From Candidatus Binatia bacterium (GTDB taxonomy: Bacteria > Desulfobacterota > Binatia > HRBIN30), in assembly GCA_038245295.1 (NCBI GenBank), contig JBBRSP010000039.1, positions 1-47,828 on the forward strand: 47,828 nucleotides of DNA. The letters run 5' to 3'. This document shows, piece by piece, positions 10,092 through 20,041 of this stretch (positions within the stretch are counted from its first letter, which is position 1; each line of letters opens with the position of its first letter). The notes under the pieces were generated by a model. That model worked only from the letters and a program-made list of their open reading frames with translations, was not told the origin of the DNA and searched no databases. Both the position numbers and the translations under genes were made by a program.

Positions 10092-10150
10092 GGCCAAATG
10101 GCAACATGGCCAAATGGCCAAATGGCAAGATGACCAAATGGCCAAATGGC
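10092..10150. repeat. Tandem octamer repeat (GGCCAAAT)x~7
   Basis: ggccaaat ggcaacat ggccaaat ggccaaat ggcaagat gaccaaat ggccaaat ggc; related arrays at ~11250-11297 and 45561-45663. Confidence 0.9.
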
Positions 10151-10160
10151 AGGTGAGCAA

Positions 10161-11255
10161 ATGAACCTCTGCTTGATCGACTCCATGCCTGCCTGGGGCG
10201 GCGGCGAACGGATGTTCCTCGAGCTGGCGCAGGGCTTCGTCGAAGCGGGGCATAGCGTCGTATCGGTGTGTCGGCCGGGTAGTGTGCTGGCGGCGCGGCT
10301 ACAGCCGCCGCTCTCGAAGGTCGAGCTAGCGTGTCGCAGCGACTACGATGTTCGCAGTCTGCTGGCGTTGCGGCGCCTGTTTCGCGAACACGCGATCGAC
10401 GCGGTGCTGGTCAACGCCGGACGCGACTGCATGCTCGGCGGCCTGGCGGCGTGGCGTACCGGCATACCCGTGGTGCGCGTCAAGGCGATGGAGGCGACCC
10501 ATCGCAACCTGCGCAACCTTCTCCTCTATCGTCGCCTGCTGGCTGGTGTCGTGTCTGTCTCCCAGGCCGTGCAAGACGGATTGCGCACTCTCGATCTGCC
10601 GCCGCACAAGCTGGCGATCGTTCACAACGGTGTCTCGATTCACCCGCCGGCACTGTCACGCCAGCAGGCACGCCAGGAGCTCGGCGTCGCCGATACCGCG
10701 TTTGTCGTCGCCTACGCCGGGCGCTTCGAGCGCGAGAAGGGTGTCGATCTTCTACCCGCCATGGTGGCGCATCTGGTCGAGCGCCGCGTACCGGTGATGT
10801 TGCTGGCAGCGGGGGATGGTTCTCTGCGTCAGGCCGTGGAAGCCGAGTGCTCACGCCTCAACCTGATGTCGCACGCACGGTTCTTCGGCTTCGTCGATGA
10901 ACCCCTGCGACTGTTGCGGGCAGCCGATGCCGCCGTCATGCCCTCACGCACCGAGGCCTTCCCCGTTGCCGCTCTCGAAGCGCTCGCCCTCGGCGTTCCA
11001 CTGGTCGCCTGTCGCGTCGGCGGCTTGCGCGAGATCTTGATTGACCAACGTGACGGTCTGCTCGTTGCCGAGGAAGCGCCCACCGCGCTGGCTGCAGCGT
11101 TGGCGCGACTGTATGAGGATCAGGAATTGGCGAAGACACTCGCACGCAATGGCCTCATCACGGTAGAAGGGTTCTCGCGCCAAAGCATGATTGAGGGCTA
11201 CGTCGATTTCCTGACCCGTCTGCGCGCCGCGACGAAAGTGCCTTCAAGCCAATGA
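10161..11255 (+). CDS. Glycosyltransferase family 4
   Basis: WGGGER, VHNGV, GRFEREKG, PSRTEAFPVAALEALALGVPLV. Confidence 0.9.
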   Translation: MNLCLIDSMPAWGGGERMFLELAQGFVEAGHSVVSVCRPGSVLAARLQPPLSKVELACRSDYDVRSLLALRRLFREHAIDAVLVNAGRDCMLGGLAAWRTGIPVVRVKAMEATHRNLRNLLLYRRLLAGVVSVSQAVQDGLRTLDLPPHKLAIVHNGVSIHPPALSRQQARQELGVADTAFVVAYAGRFEREKGVDLLPAMVAHLVERRVPVMLLAAGDGSLRQAVEAECSRLNLMSHARFFGFVDEPLRLLRAADAAVMPSRTEAFPVAALEALALGVPLVACRVGGLREILIDQRDGLLVAEEAPTALAAALARLYEDQELAKTLARNGLITVEGFSRQSMIEGYVDFLTRLRAATKVPSSQ

Positions 11256-11297
11256 CCAAATCTCACGCTGAACAAATGGCCAAATGACCAAATGACC
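11250..11297. repeat. Octamer repeat (caaatg[ga]c) cluster
   Basis: caatgaccaaat ... caaatggccaaatgaccaaatgacc at the gene boundary. Confidence 0.7.
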
Positions 11298-11312
11298 TGA
11301 CGGGAAGCTGAT

Positions 11313-12998
11313 GTGGAACGTCTGACGCTGACCAAATATTTTCGTTACTGCCGGCCTGAGCTCGCGGCCGAGGTGCCGCTGTCGGCCAAGCGTATCCTCG
11401 ATGTCGGCTGCAGCGCCGGCGCTCTCGGTGCCCACTTGCGGCAGCGCCAGGGTTGCGAGGTGTGGGGCGTCGAGGCCGATCCATTTGCCGCGCGCGAGGC
11501 GGCGCAGGCGCTCGACCACCTCATTGCCGCGCCAATCGAAGCGGCGTTGGAGCAACTCCCCAAACAGTACTTCGACGTCTTGATCGTTGCCGATGTCCTC
11601 GAGCACCTGCCCGATCCGTGGTTGATCCTCAACCAATTGACCGAGGCGCTGGCGCCGAGTGCCACCGTGGTGCTTTCGTTGCCCAATGTTCAGCATCACT
11701 CGATTCTGACCGGACTGCAGCATGGCTCGTTCACCTATCTGACCGAGGGTGTGCTCGATGCGACACACCTGCGCTTCTTCACGCGCACGTCGATGATCGA
11801 GCTTGCCGAGCGTGCCGGCTTGCGTGTTGAAAAGATGGTGCCGCTGTATTCAACCGGCCGAGATCGCCGCGCCGCGCAGCGCGGCCATCCGCCGCGCCAA
11901 TTGTCACTGCCCCCGTCGGTGCCGCTGCGTGATGTCTATGCCTGGCAGTTCGTTATGGTAGCGCACTTGCCGGAAGCGCGTCCCGATACGCGCCCGGTTC
12001 GTGTTTCGATCGTTATGCTGACGTTCAACCGCCTGGATGTCACGCGTCAGGCCATCGACAGCATACGTAACGCGGCTTCACGGCAACCATACGAACTGAT
12101 CCTCGTGGATAATGCGTCGACCGACGGTACGCGGGAGTATCTGCGGGAGATCGAAGGGCCGGATACACTGGTGCTGCTGAATGACGAGAACCTCGGCGTT
12201 GCGGCCGGCTGGAATCAAGGCTTGCGGCTGGCCAGCGGTGATTGCCTCATGGTGATCAACAACGACGTGCTGGTAGCGGGTGATTGGCTCGAGCGTCTGG
12301 TGCGCGCCGCGTACCATGTGCCGAACGCCGGCATTGTGAGCTGTCGCACCAACTTCGCCGGTGGGCCGCAGGTGCTTACGCCGGACTACGACGGCCTCGC
12401 TGACTTTGCCATGTTCGCCACACGATATGCGGTGCTCAGCGATCGCAGTTGGTTCGAGTTGCCACGCCTTGTTGGTGTTGTCCTGCTGTGGCGGCGCGAC
12501 GTGTACGACAAGCTCGGCGGCTTCGACGAGAGTTTCTTCCCGGCCAACTTCGAGGACGACGACTACTGTCTGCGCGCCACGCAAGCTGGCTTCCGCAATG
12601 TCGTCGCCAACGATGTGTACGTGCACCACATCGGCCACGCGAGTCAGATCAGCAATCGGCTCGACCCGGATCGACTACTGAGCGACAGCGATAAGCGTTT
12701 TCGCGCCAAGTGGGGTGAGGCGGCAGCCACACATACCGCTTCCCAGTGGGGCAACTTCGAGCAGCATGTCGCTACGTTGGAAACGAGTCAGTACTCGCTG
12801 CCCGGCTGGGCTCTGCCACGCCTGCCTCGCGTTGCCATCGCCAATCATCTGGCGCGTGCGGCGCGGCGTATGAACAAGCGTGGTTGGCGCGACTCGGCGC
12901 GGCAACTGCTGCGTCGTTCGCTACGCACAAAGGTCACCTTTCGCGGTCTCTGGGGCTGGTTGGAAGCAACGCTATTGCCGCGTCGTACGCATGAATGA
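11313..12998 (+). CDS. SAM methyltransferase - GT2 glycosyltransferase fusion
   Basis: N-terminal ILDVGCSAG, DVLEHLPDP, LDATHLRFFT; C-terminal VSIVMLTFN, LVDNASTDGT, NNDV, GGFDE...FEDDDYCLR. Confidence 0.88.
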   Translation: MERLTLTKYFRYCRPELAAEVPLSAKRILDVGCSAGALGAHLRQRQGCEVWGVEADPFAAREAAQALDHLIAAPIEAALEQLPKQYFDVLIVADVLEHLPDPWLILNQLTEALAPSATVVLSLPNVQHHSILTGLQHGSFTYLTEGVLDATHLRFFTRTSMIELAERAGLRVEKMVPLYSTGRDRRAAQRGHPPRQLSLPPSVPLRDVYAWQFVMVAHLPEARPDTRPVRVSIVMLTFNRLDVTRQAIDSIRNAASRQPYELILVDNASTDGTREYLREIEGPDTLVLLNDENLGVAAGWNQGLRLASGDCLMVINNDVLVAGDWLERLVRAAYHVPNAGIVSCRTNFAGGPQVLTPDYDGLADFAMFATRYAVLSDRSWFELPRLVGVVLLWRRDVYDKLGGFDESFFPANFEDDDYCLRATQAGFRNVVANDVYVHHIGHASQISNRLDPDRLLSDSDKRFRAKWGEAAATHTASQWGNFEQHVATLETSQYSLPGWALPRLPRVAIANHLARAARRMNKRGWRDSARQLLRRSLRTKVTFRGLWGWLEATLLPRRTHE

Positions 12999-13875
12999 GG
13001 CACCGCACATCTCCGTTCTGATTGCGACGCACAACCGCGCCGCGTCGCTGCTGCGGCTCCTGGCCAGCCTCGATGGTGCCGTGGCGGCTGCAAACATCCC
13101 GGTCGAGATTATCGTCGCCAACAACGGCTCGAGCGACGACACCGATGCACAGTTGGCGACCTGGCGTCAGGACGCTCGCCATCATCTTCTGACGACCGAT
13201 CGCCCCGGCAAATCGAGCGCTCTCAATGAGGCGCTGCGACATGCGCGCGGTGATATCCTCGCTTTCCTTGATGACGATGAAGAAGTCGCATCGAATTGGC
13301 TCGCCTCCATCGCTTTGTTCTTCGCCGAGCACGACGAGTATGCTGCCGGAATGGGCCGTGTGTTGCCGCCTGCCGCGGGAGTTGAAAGTACCGACCTGGC
13401 TTTGGCGGCGCGGTATCGCACCATCGCGTTCTTCGACGGCGGCGACCAGGTGCATGACAAGCAAACGCTGCAAGGCGGCAATATGGCGATCCGTCGTGAG
13501 GTGTTCGCCAAAGTCGGCGGCTTCGATGAACGCCTCGGACCGGGCGCTAGCGGTGCCTGGGAAGATATCGAGCTCGGGGCGCGGATCTGTCGCGCCGGTT
13601 TGCGCATCGGCTACATGCCGGGTGTGACGATCGTCCATCACGTCGATACGTCGCGCTTTTCGCCGGAGTATTTTCGTCGTCACAACGAAGCGGCCGGCCG
13701 CAGTGCCGCCATCATCAACGCGCGTGCCTGGCGTGCCGCCCTGCCGCGCTGCCTCGAGGCGCTCGTCGGTGTCGGGCTCGCCACCCTCAGCGGCAACACG
13801 GATCGCCGCGAGCATGCCCGCGGCCGCGCCATCCGGCATTGGACCACGGTGCGTTGTTGCTGGAGCGCCGGCTGA
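12991..13875 (+). CDS. Glycosyltransferase family 2
   Basis: ISVLIATHNR, NNGSSDDT, AFLDDD, GGFDERLG, EDIELG; start overlaps upstream gene end. Confidence 0.9.
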   Translation: MNEAPHISVLIATHNRAASLLRLLASLDGAVAAANIPVEIIVANNGSSDDTDAQLATWRQDARHHLLTTDRPGKSSALNEALRHARGDILAFLDDDEEVASNWLASIALFFAEHDEYAAGMGRVLPPAAGVESTDLALAARYRTIAFFDGGDQVHDKQTLQGGNMAIRREVFAKVGGFDERLGPGASGAWEDIELGARICRAGLRIGYMPGVTIVHHVDTSRFSPEYFRRHNEAAGRSAAIINARAWRAALPRCLEALVGVGLATLSGNTDRREHARGRAIRHWTTVRCCWSAG

Positions 13876-13914
13876 AGCCTGCGGTGTACGGTAAGACCTT
13901 CGAGCTGGGAGGGA

Positions 13915-14892
13915 TCACTTGATCGGCCGGAACTTCGCTTGGCGTCGTGCTTGTCTGCGTAGCCAAACCCGCCACTGCACGGCATTGGTGAGCGACAAGC
14001 GTTGTCGCGCGGTCTTGTGCTTCGTCAGTTGGTCGACAAACTGCGCCGCGCGCTTCGATGCCAGGTGATTGGCTTCGAGATCGCGGCGGCCGCGCGTGAT
14101 CAGCCCCTCAGGGTCACGGCACGCGTCGATTTTCGCCTGCAGCTCGGGCACGGTGCGGAACAGCAGGCAGTTGTCGCCGTCAACGAAGCTGCGGCGCAGC
14201 AACCAGGGCGCCTCGTCATCCATATACAGGCAGAGCACGGCCTGACCGAGAATCTCGTAATGACGCTGGCAATCGTAGCCGGCGCCGCGCGGTGAGATGC
14301 CGAACCAGGACTGTTTGATGTCGTGCTGATACTCTTGCCAGGTCGCAAATCCAACGTGGGGTGGATACAGCTTCGCCAACTCGCCGCGGAACGTATTGGT
14401 CTGGACTCGGAAGGACGCATGCACCGGTTGCGTACGCGTCAACTCCCTCGCGTCGTACAAGAAATCCGGTAAAGCGAACAGGATCGGCTGGACGCCGCTG
14501 TGCGGCTCTTTAAGCTCGCGCTTGAAGTAAAGGGGGACTTTTCCGAGGTAACGTGTCGACAGCTCGGGCTCATCCTCGCCGTCGACCGCGACAAGCTGCG
14601 GATGCAGCGGGCAAGGGATGCGCCAACAACTGCTGTTGACGATGGCGTCGAAGTACCCGGCCGCAATCTTCGCCCCGAGGTCGCTGCGATCGACGACGAG
14701 ATCGTCGAGCCCGAAGCAATGGAAGCCACGCCCATACAACTTGGCGGCGTGCGGCCGCCACGGCGAGCTGCGGTACAAGAGATCCTTGCGCGGAAAGTCG
14801 ACGACGTCGGCGCCCAGCACGGAGCGCAGTCCGTAGAGCAGATCGTCGGCGAGGTAGTCCGGGACCGCGTCGGTAAGGTAGAGGATCCGCAC
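13915..14892 (-). CDS. Putative glycosyltransferase of uncertain family
   Basis: 325-aa ORF downstream of a GT2, with CCAGGAG RBS. ISPRGAGYDCQRHYEIL and FVDGDNCLLF resemble exostosin/GT-B C-terminal segments; family not certain. Confidence 0.55.
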   Translation of the reverse strand: MRILYLTDAVPDYLADDLLYGLRSVLGADVVDFPRKDLLYRSSPWRPHAAKLYGRGFHCFGLDDLVVDRSDLGAKIAAGYFDAIVNSSCWRIPCPLHPQLVAVDGEDEPELSTRYLGKVPLYFKRELKEPHSGVQPILFALPDFLYDARELTRTQPVHASFRVQTNTFRGELAKLYPPHVGFATWQEYQHDIKQSWFGISPRGAGYDCQRHYEILGQAVLCLYMDDEAPWLLRRSFVDGDNCLLFRTVPELQAKIDACRDPEGLITRGRRDLEANHLASKRAAQFVDQLTKHKTARQRLSLTNAVQWRVWLRRQARRQAKFRPIK

Positions 14893-14906
14893 GCGCCGTC
14901 TCCTGG

Positions 14907-15785
14907 CTACGGCGGCAGCAAGCGATAGTTGCGATGCTCGCCGAGGCGAAATCCCAGGGCGTGCTCAAGATATGAAAGACCGCGCATGATTGGCCGATCG
15001 TGGTCGTGCTTGCTCTGCTGCCCTGGAGTGATCGTCCAATCCTTCGACGCGATGCGCTCACGCATCACCGCCGGGTGAGTGCCGGTGAATTGTCGCTGCT
15101 GATGCAGCAAGCCGAATTCGAAGTCCGCATTCAGGTCGCCGACGTTGCGTGTGGCCGCTTCCGGGCCGGTGTGTAGCGACAGAAAGGAGTGCTGCTTACG
15201 CGTCATCTGCTTCGGCGGTCGCACCCAGCCGTAGTGGAAGATTCGGCCGCCGGCCGGCACAACATGGATCTTCTCGCCGCCGCGGCGGAAGCCCTGGGCG
15301 CTCTTCCACGAGCGGATGTCACGACCGTTGCGCACGATACGCACCTCGCGGCGATACCAGCTGTGGTTGAACTGGTAGTGCTCGTAGTCGGCGAAAAAAT
15401 GCAGGTACTCGAACAGCAGGCCCTCGACGCGTTCGTCGTCGAGGTATGTCGCCATGCGATCGACCAGCCCCGGCAGGTCGTCTTCGTGCACAACCTCATC
15501 GGCCTGCACGTAGAAGCACCAGTCGCCGCTGCAGGCGTCGAGCGCGATATTGGTCTGCTGCGCGTTGGTGGCGCCGCGCACGAACTGGCTCGTATCCCAC
15601 ACCGTTTCGATGATCTTGATCTTCGGATCACCGATCGAACGCAGCAGCTCGGTGGTGCCGTCGTCGGAATCGCCGGCGGCGATGACGAATTCGTCGCAAA
15701 TCGGCAGCACCGAGCGAATCGATTCGACGATCGGGTAGTACAACTTGATGGCGTTGCGTACGAAACTGAAGCCGCTGATCTTCAT
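14907..15785 (-). CDS. GT2-like glycosyltransferase
   Basis: GDSDDGT, QQTNIALDAC, YVQADEVVHE (DxD-like), IFHYGWVR. Confidence 0.85.
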   Translation of the reverse strand: MKISGFSFVRNAIKLYYPIVESIRSVLPICDEFVIAAGDSDDGTTELLRSIGDPKIKIIETVWDTSQFVRGATNAQQTNIALDACSGDWCFYVQADEVVHEDDLPGLVDRMATYLDDERVEGLLFEYLHFFADYEHYQFNHSWYRREVRIVRNGRDIRSWKSAQGFRRGGEKIHVVPAGGRIFHYGWVRPPKQMTRKQHSFLSLHTGPEAATRNVGDLNADFEFGLLHQQRQFTGTHPAVMRERIASKDWTITPGQQSKHDHDRPIMRGLSYLEHALGFRLGEHRNYRLLPP

Positions 15786-15833
15786 CGATGGGTTTGACTC
15801 ATCCCTTCAACGGTTCCATGAGTCAACCCGCGC

Positions 15834-16868
15834 ATGACCGCCCCTCGTCACGTTCTTCTGGTTCGCACCGATCACCTCGGCGACATGCTGTTCACCCTGC
15901 CGGCGGCCCAGGCCCTGAAGCAGGCATATCCCGATTGTCGAATCACCGTGCTGGCCTCGAAAGCCAACGCCCTGGTCGCCGAGCATCATCCGGCCGTGGA
16001 TGAGGTCGTCGTTGATGCGTACGAAGCAAAAGGGTCCGGACTCAAAGGCCTGCCAGCCCTGGTAGCGAGCCTGCGTCGCCTCCAGTGTGATGCCGCCGTC
16101 GTGGTTCATCCGACGCCGCGTCTGGCCCTCGCCGTGTTTCTCTCCGGCATCCCGATTCGCATCGGCAGCGCCTACCGGGCGTATTCGTTCCTATTCAGTC
16201 GGCGCATTCGCCAGCACCGGCGTGAGGAGAAAAACAAACACGAGGCCGAGTTGAACATCGAGATGCTGGCACCGCTCGGCGTGGCGGCGCATCCGGTGAC
16301 TCAACTGCATTGGCGCGTTGCGGATTCGGAAGCTGCGTTGGTCGATGAATTTCTACAGCAACGAGGGCTGCCGCCGCGCGGTTTTGTGGTGGTGCATCCC
16401 GGCAATGCCGGCTCGGCGATGAACTGGGCGTCGTCGCAGTATGCCGAGCTTACACGCCGACTATCGGAGGGCGGCAGGCGGGTATTGGTGACCGGCGGGC
16501 CGGCCGAGCGCGTCCTTACCGCCGAGGTTGCCGCCGCCGGCGGTGTCGATCTCGGTGGGGCACTGACATTGCCGCAACTCGCGGCGCTTTTATCCCGGGC
16601 CTCTCTCTATATCGGTAGCGCCACGGGCCCGACTCATCTGGCGGCCGCGGTCGGCATTCCGGTCATTGCGCTGTACTCGCCGCTGCGTTCCTCGGCACCG
16701 TCGCGTTGGCGACCGCTCGGGCACGATGTACATGTGATTCAGCCGGCGTTGGATATCTTCTGCCCCAAGTGTCTCGGCTCCGCCTGCCCATACTTCCACT
16801 GCATGGAGAAGCATCTCGGCGTTGACGCCGTGGAAGCGATGGCCCGGCGGATCCTGACGGCGGCGTGA
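15834..16868 (+). CDS. Glycosyltransferase family 9 (ADP-heptose:LPS heptosyltransferase-like)
   Basis: RTDHLGDMLFTLP, VVHPG, TGPTHLAAAVGIPVIALY, C-terminal Cys cluster. Confidence 0.9.
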   Translation: MTAPRHVLLVRTDHLGDMLFTLPAAQALKQAYPDCRITVLASKANALVAEHHPAVDEVVVDAYEAKGSGLKGLPALVASLRRLQCDAAVVVHPTPRLALAVFLSGIPIRIGSAYRAYSFLFSRRIRQHRREEKNKHEAELNIEMLAPLGVAAHPVTQLHWRVADSEAALVDEFLQQRGLPPRGFVVVHPGNAGSAMNWASSQYAELTRRLSEGGRRVLVTGGPAERVLTAEVAAAGGVDLGGALTLPQLAALLSRASLYIGSATGPTHLAAAVGIPVIALYSPLRSSAPSRWRPLGHDVHVIQPALDIFCPKCLGSACPYFHCMEKHLGVDAVEAMARRILTAA

Positions 16869-16964
16869 TCGTGGCTTACCCACCATCGTGCCCGCGCCCG
16901 GGTCGGTTGGAATCGGCGCTGAGCGACGTTGACCGCACCGCGGGCCTCCGATATGCCCGCGCCC

Positions 16965-18074
16965 ATGCGTGTTCCTGCCGCTGACCTGCGATCGCAGCAC
17001 GATTCGCTGCGCGACGAGCTTTTCGCCGCGTGGGCCCGGCTGCTCGACTCGTCGGCGTTCATCAATGGCCCCGAGGTCGAAGCCTTCGAGCGCGAGTTCG
17101 CCACCTATTGCGGCGTCAAGCATTGCATCGGGCTCGCCAACGGCACCGAGGCGTTGGCACTAGCTCTGCGCGCTGTTGAAGTTGGCGCGGGTGACAGCGT
17201 TGTCGTGCCCGCGTTCACATTCGCTGCCACCATCGAGGCCGTCTGCCACGTCGGAGCCCGCCCATTGCTCGCGGACATCGACAACACGTCGTTTGCGCTC
17301 GACCCGGTGGCACTACGTGATGTCATTCGGGCCGAAGGCGGACGTGTCGCCGCCATCCTGCCCGTGCATCTGTACGGACAGATCGTCGAGATGGACGAGA
17401 TCAACGCCATCGCGAGTGCGGCCGGGGCCAAGGTCATCGAAGATGCGGCGCAGGCACACGGCGCGCTGTACCACGGCCGCAAGGCCGGCAGCTTGGCGAC
17501 GGCGGCCTGCTTCAGTTTCTATCCGACAAAGAATCTCGGCGGCCTCGGCGACGGTGGCGCCTGCACGACCGACAGCGACGCTGTGGCAGGGCGGCTCAGG
17601 ATGCTGCGCGACCACGGTCAGAGCGCCAAGTACGTGCATCAGATCGTTGGCTACAATTCGCGCCTCGATGCCTTTCAGGCGGCGGCGCTACGCGTCAAGT
17701 TGCCGCATCTCGATGCCTGGAATGCGCGGCGCCGGCAGATTGCGGCACGTTACATGGTTCAGCTTGCCGGAGTGCCGGGTGTGAGCCTGCCGCTGACCTT
17801 GCCGCATCGTCAGCACGTCTATCATCTCTTCGTCATACGTGTGCCCGAGCGTGACTCGCTGCGCCAGCACCTCGATGCGCAGGGTATTGCTACGTCGATC
17901 CACTACCCGGTGCCGCTGCACGAGCAGTCGGCGTTTCGCGCCATGGCAACGGGTCGGTATCCCAACGCGGAAGCGGCGGCGCGGGAGGTCGTGGCGTTGC
18001 CGATGTTTTCCGAGCTCAGCGACGAAGCGGTGGATACCGTCTGCGCCGCCATCCGTGCGTGGGCGAAGGCATGA
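16965..18074 (+). CDS. DegT/DnrJ/EryC1/StrS sugar aminotransferase
   Basis: NGTEAL, PVHLYGQ, EDAAQAHGA, SFYPTKNLGGLGDGG (PLP lysine), GYNSRLD. Start 16953 or 16965. Confidence 0.93.
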   Translation: MRVPAADLRSQHDSLRDELFAAWARLLDSSAFINGPEVEAFEREFATYCGVKHCIGLANGTEALALALRAVEVGAGDSVVVPAFTFAATIEAVCHVGARPLLADIDNTSFALDPVALRDVIRAEGGRVAAILPVHLYGQIVEMDEINAIASAAGAKVIEDAAQAHGALYHGRKAGSLATAACFSFYPTKNLGGLGDGGACTTDSDAVAGRLRMLRDHGQSAKYVHQIVGYNSRLDAFQAAALRVKLPHLDAWNARRRQIAARYMVQLAGVPGVSLPLTLPHRQHVYHLFVIRVPERDSLRQHLDAQGIATSIHYPVPLHEQSAFRAMATGRYPNAEAAAREVVALPMFSELSDEAVDTVCAAIRAWAKA

Positions 18075-19060
18075 CCCCGGGCGTGTTGGCTGAGTATCGT
18101 CGCCTCATCCGGAGCTTCGGGCGCGTGCGGGTGCTTGTCGTCGGCGATCTCATGCTCGACGAGTTCATCTGGGGCAAGGTCGACCGCATTTCTCCGGAAG
18201 CTCCGGTGCCGGTGGTGCGGGTCACCGGCGAGAGCATTCATCTCGGCGGCGCGGCGAACGTCGTGCACAATCTACGCGCTCTGGGCGGCAAGGCTGCGGC
18301 CTGTGGTGTCGTCGGCAACGATCGCGCCGGTAAACACGTGATCGAAGAGCTCGAAGGCATCGGCGCCGGTACTGACGGTGTGATTACGACGCGCGGTGTT
18401 GTGACGATCCGCAAGACACGCATCGTCGCCCATGGCCAGCAAATCGTCCGCTTCGACCACGAACAGCCGGAACAGGCGCGGCGTGCCACCCATGCGTTGA
18501 TTCGCTTCCTCGAAGCCCACGCGGCGCGTTTCGAGGTCGTCCTGATTTCCGATTACGGTAAGGGTGTGATCACGCCGGAGCTCCTCGAGGCGGTGGCGGC
18601 GATTGCCAAGCGCCGGCCGTTGCGGGTTATTGTTGACCCGAAGAAGGCGAACTACGACCACTACCGCGGTGTCACCCTGGCGACACCAAACGCCGGAGAG
18701 GCGGCGGACGCGGCGGGCATCGAGGTGCGCGACGAGGCGAGTTTGCGCGCCGCCGGCAAACGTCTGTTGGAACGCTGGGACGCAGAGGCAGTTCTGATCA
18801 CGCGTGGCGAACACGGCATGAGCCTGTTCCGCCGCAAGGGCGCCAGTCGGCATTTCCCGACGGTGGCGCGCGACGTGTTCGACGTAACGGGTGCGGGCGA
18901 CACGGTTGTCGCCACCTGCGCCCTGGCGTTGGGTGCCGGCGCGTCGTTTGAACAAGCGGCGATGTTATCCAACTACGCGGCCGGGGTTGTTGTCGGCAAG
19001 GTCGGAACGGCAACCCTGAGCGGTGCGGAGCTGTCGCAGGCGCTGCGTGCGCGCGACTGA
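18071..19060 (+). CDS. rfaE1: D-glycero-beta-D-manno-heptose-7-phosphate kinase (stand-alone HldE kinase domain)
   Basis: GDLMLDEF...RISPEAPVPV, GGAANV, SDYGKG, DVTGAGDTV; ATGA overlap with the aminotransferase. Confidence 0.93.
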   Translation: MTPGVLAEYRRLIRSFGRVRVLVVGDLMLDEFIWGKVDRISPEAPVPVVRVTGESIHLGGAANVVHNLRALGGKAAACGVVGNDRAGKHVIEELEGIGAGTDGVITTRGVVTIRKTRIVAHGQQIVRFDHEQPEQARRATHALIRFLEAHAARFEVVLISDYGKGVITPELLEAVAAIAKRRPLRVIVDPKKANYDHYRGVTLATPNAGEAADAAGIEVRDEASLRAAGKRLLERWDAEAVLITRGEHGMSLFRRKGASRHFPTVARDVFDVTGAGDTVVATCALALGAGASFEQAAMLSNYAAGVVVGKVGTATLSGAELSQALRARD

Positions 19061-19075
19061 CAAGCGAGGGAATCG

Positions 19076-19951
19076 ATGCGCAGCATGACCGGATACGGCC
19101 AGTCCACTCAACGTAGCGGAGCGCGCTCACTCAGCGTCGAGATCCGCTCCGTCAACCAGCGCTTCCTCGAAGCCAAGTTCAACATGCCGCGCGAGTTTTT
19201 CCCCTGGGAAGCGGAGCTGCGCGGCATCGTGCAGGACCAGGTCGGCCGCGGCAAAGTCGACATCAACATCTCGCGTGGCGGCAACGGCGCGTCCGAAAGC
19301 AGCGTCGAGATCAACCTCGATCTGGCACGCTCCTACGTTGAATGCTGGCGTAAGCTGCAGCGGACCTTGAAGCTGCCGGGCGCGATCGACGTGAGCATGC
19401 TGGTGGGGCGCGCCGAGTTGGTGCGTGTCGTCGAGCGCAAGAGTGATGCGGAGGCCGAGATCGCACTGGTGCGCGACACCCTGAAGCGCGCCCTGGCGGC
19501 CTTTAATCGGGATCGCGAGCGCGAGGGCAAGGCACTGGGCAAAGACGTGGCGCAACGCGCCAAGCGTCTCCAGCACCTGCGGGGGCTGATCGCCAAACGC
19601 GTCGCCGGGCTGGGCCCGGTGTTTGCCGAACGCATTCGTACCCGTGTTCGAGCCTTGCTCGAAGGCCGCGAGATCAGCGAAGACAAGCTGTTGCAGGAAG
19701 TGGCCCTGGTCGTCGATCGCGGCGACGTCACCGAAGAGTTGGTGCGGCTCGACAGTCACCTGGCAGCCCTGGCGCAGATCCCCAAGTCTACGGAGTCGAC
19801 CGGCAAACGTTTCGACTTCCTGCTCCAGGAAGTGCATCGCGAGTTCAACACCATTGCCGCCAAGAGCGCCGACCTCGAAGTAACCAATCACAGTATCGAG
19901 GCGCGCACGGAAATCGAGAAGTTGCGCGAGCAGGCGCAGAACGTCGAATGA
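19076..19951 (+). CDS. yicC: YicC/YloC family endoribonuclease
   Basis: MRSMTGYG, EIRSVNQRFLE, DVTEELVRLDSH, GKRFDFLLQEVHREFNTI, EKLREQAQNVE. Confidence 0.95.
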   Translation: MRSMTGYGQSTQRSGARSLSVEIRSVNQRFLEAKFNMPREFFPWEAELRGIVQDQVGRGKVDINISRGGNGASESSVEINLDLARSYVECWRKLQRTLKLPGAIDVSMLVGRAELVRVVERKSDAEAEIALVRDTLKRALAAFNRDREREGKALGKDVAQRAKRLQHLRGLIAKRVAGLGPVFAERIRTRVRALLEGREISEDKLLQEVALVVDRGDVTEELVRLDSHLAALAQIPKSTESTGKRFDFLLQEVHREFNTIAAKSADLEVTNHSIEARTEIEKLREQAQNVE

Positions 19952-19988
19952 TCGGCTCGCGTCGGTGCGCGGAGAGAACCCGGTAGTG

Positions 19989-20025
19989 TTGCGTCGACGG
20001 CGGCCATCCTCTACGGTTTTGTAGA
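19989..20025 (+). promoter_or_regulatory. Putative sigma-70 promoter with overlapping operator of the TA pair
   Basis: TTGCGT-17 bp-TACGGT; inverted repeat tctac-N6-gtaga (20010-20025) overlaps the -10. Confidence 0.5.
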
Positions 20026-20041
20026 AAGGAAGGTGGAATGG

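Noticed and set aside
19399..19406. E. coli Chi octamer GCTGGTGG in yicC
   Set aside because: A single noticed occurrence is expected by chance at this GC content, and Chi sequences are lineage specific.
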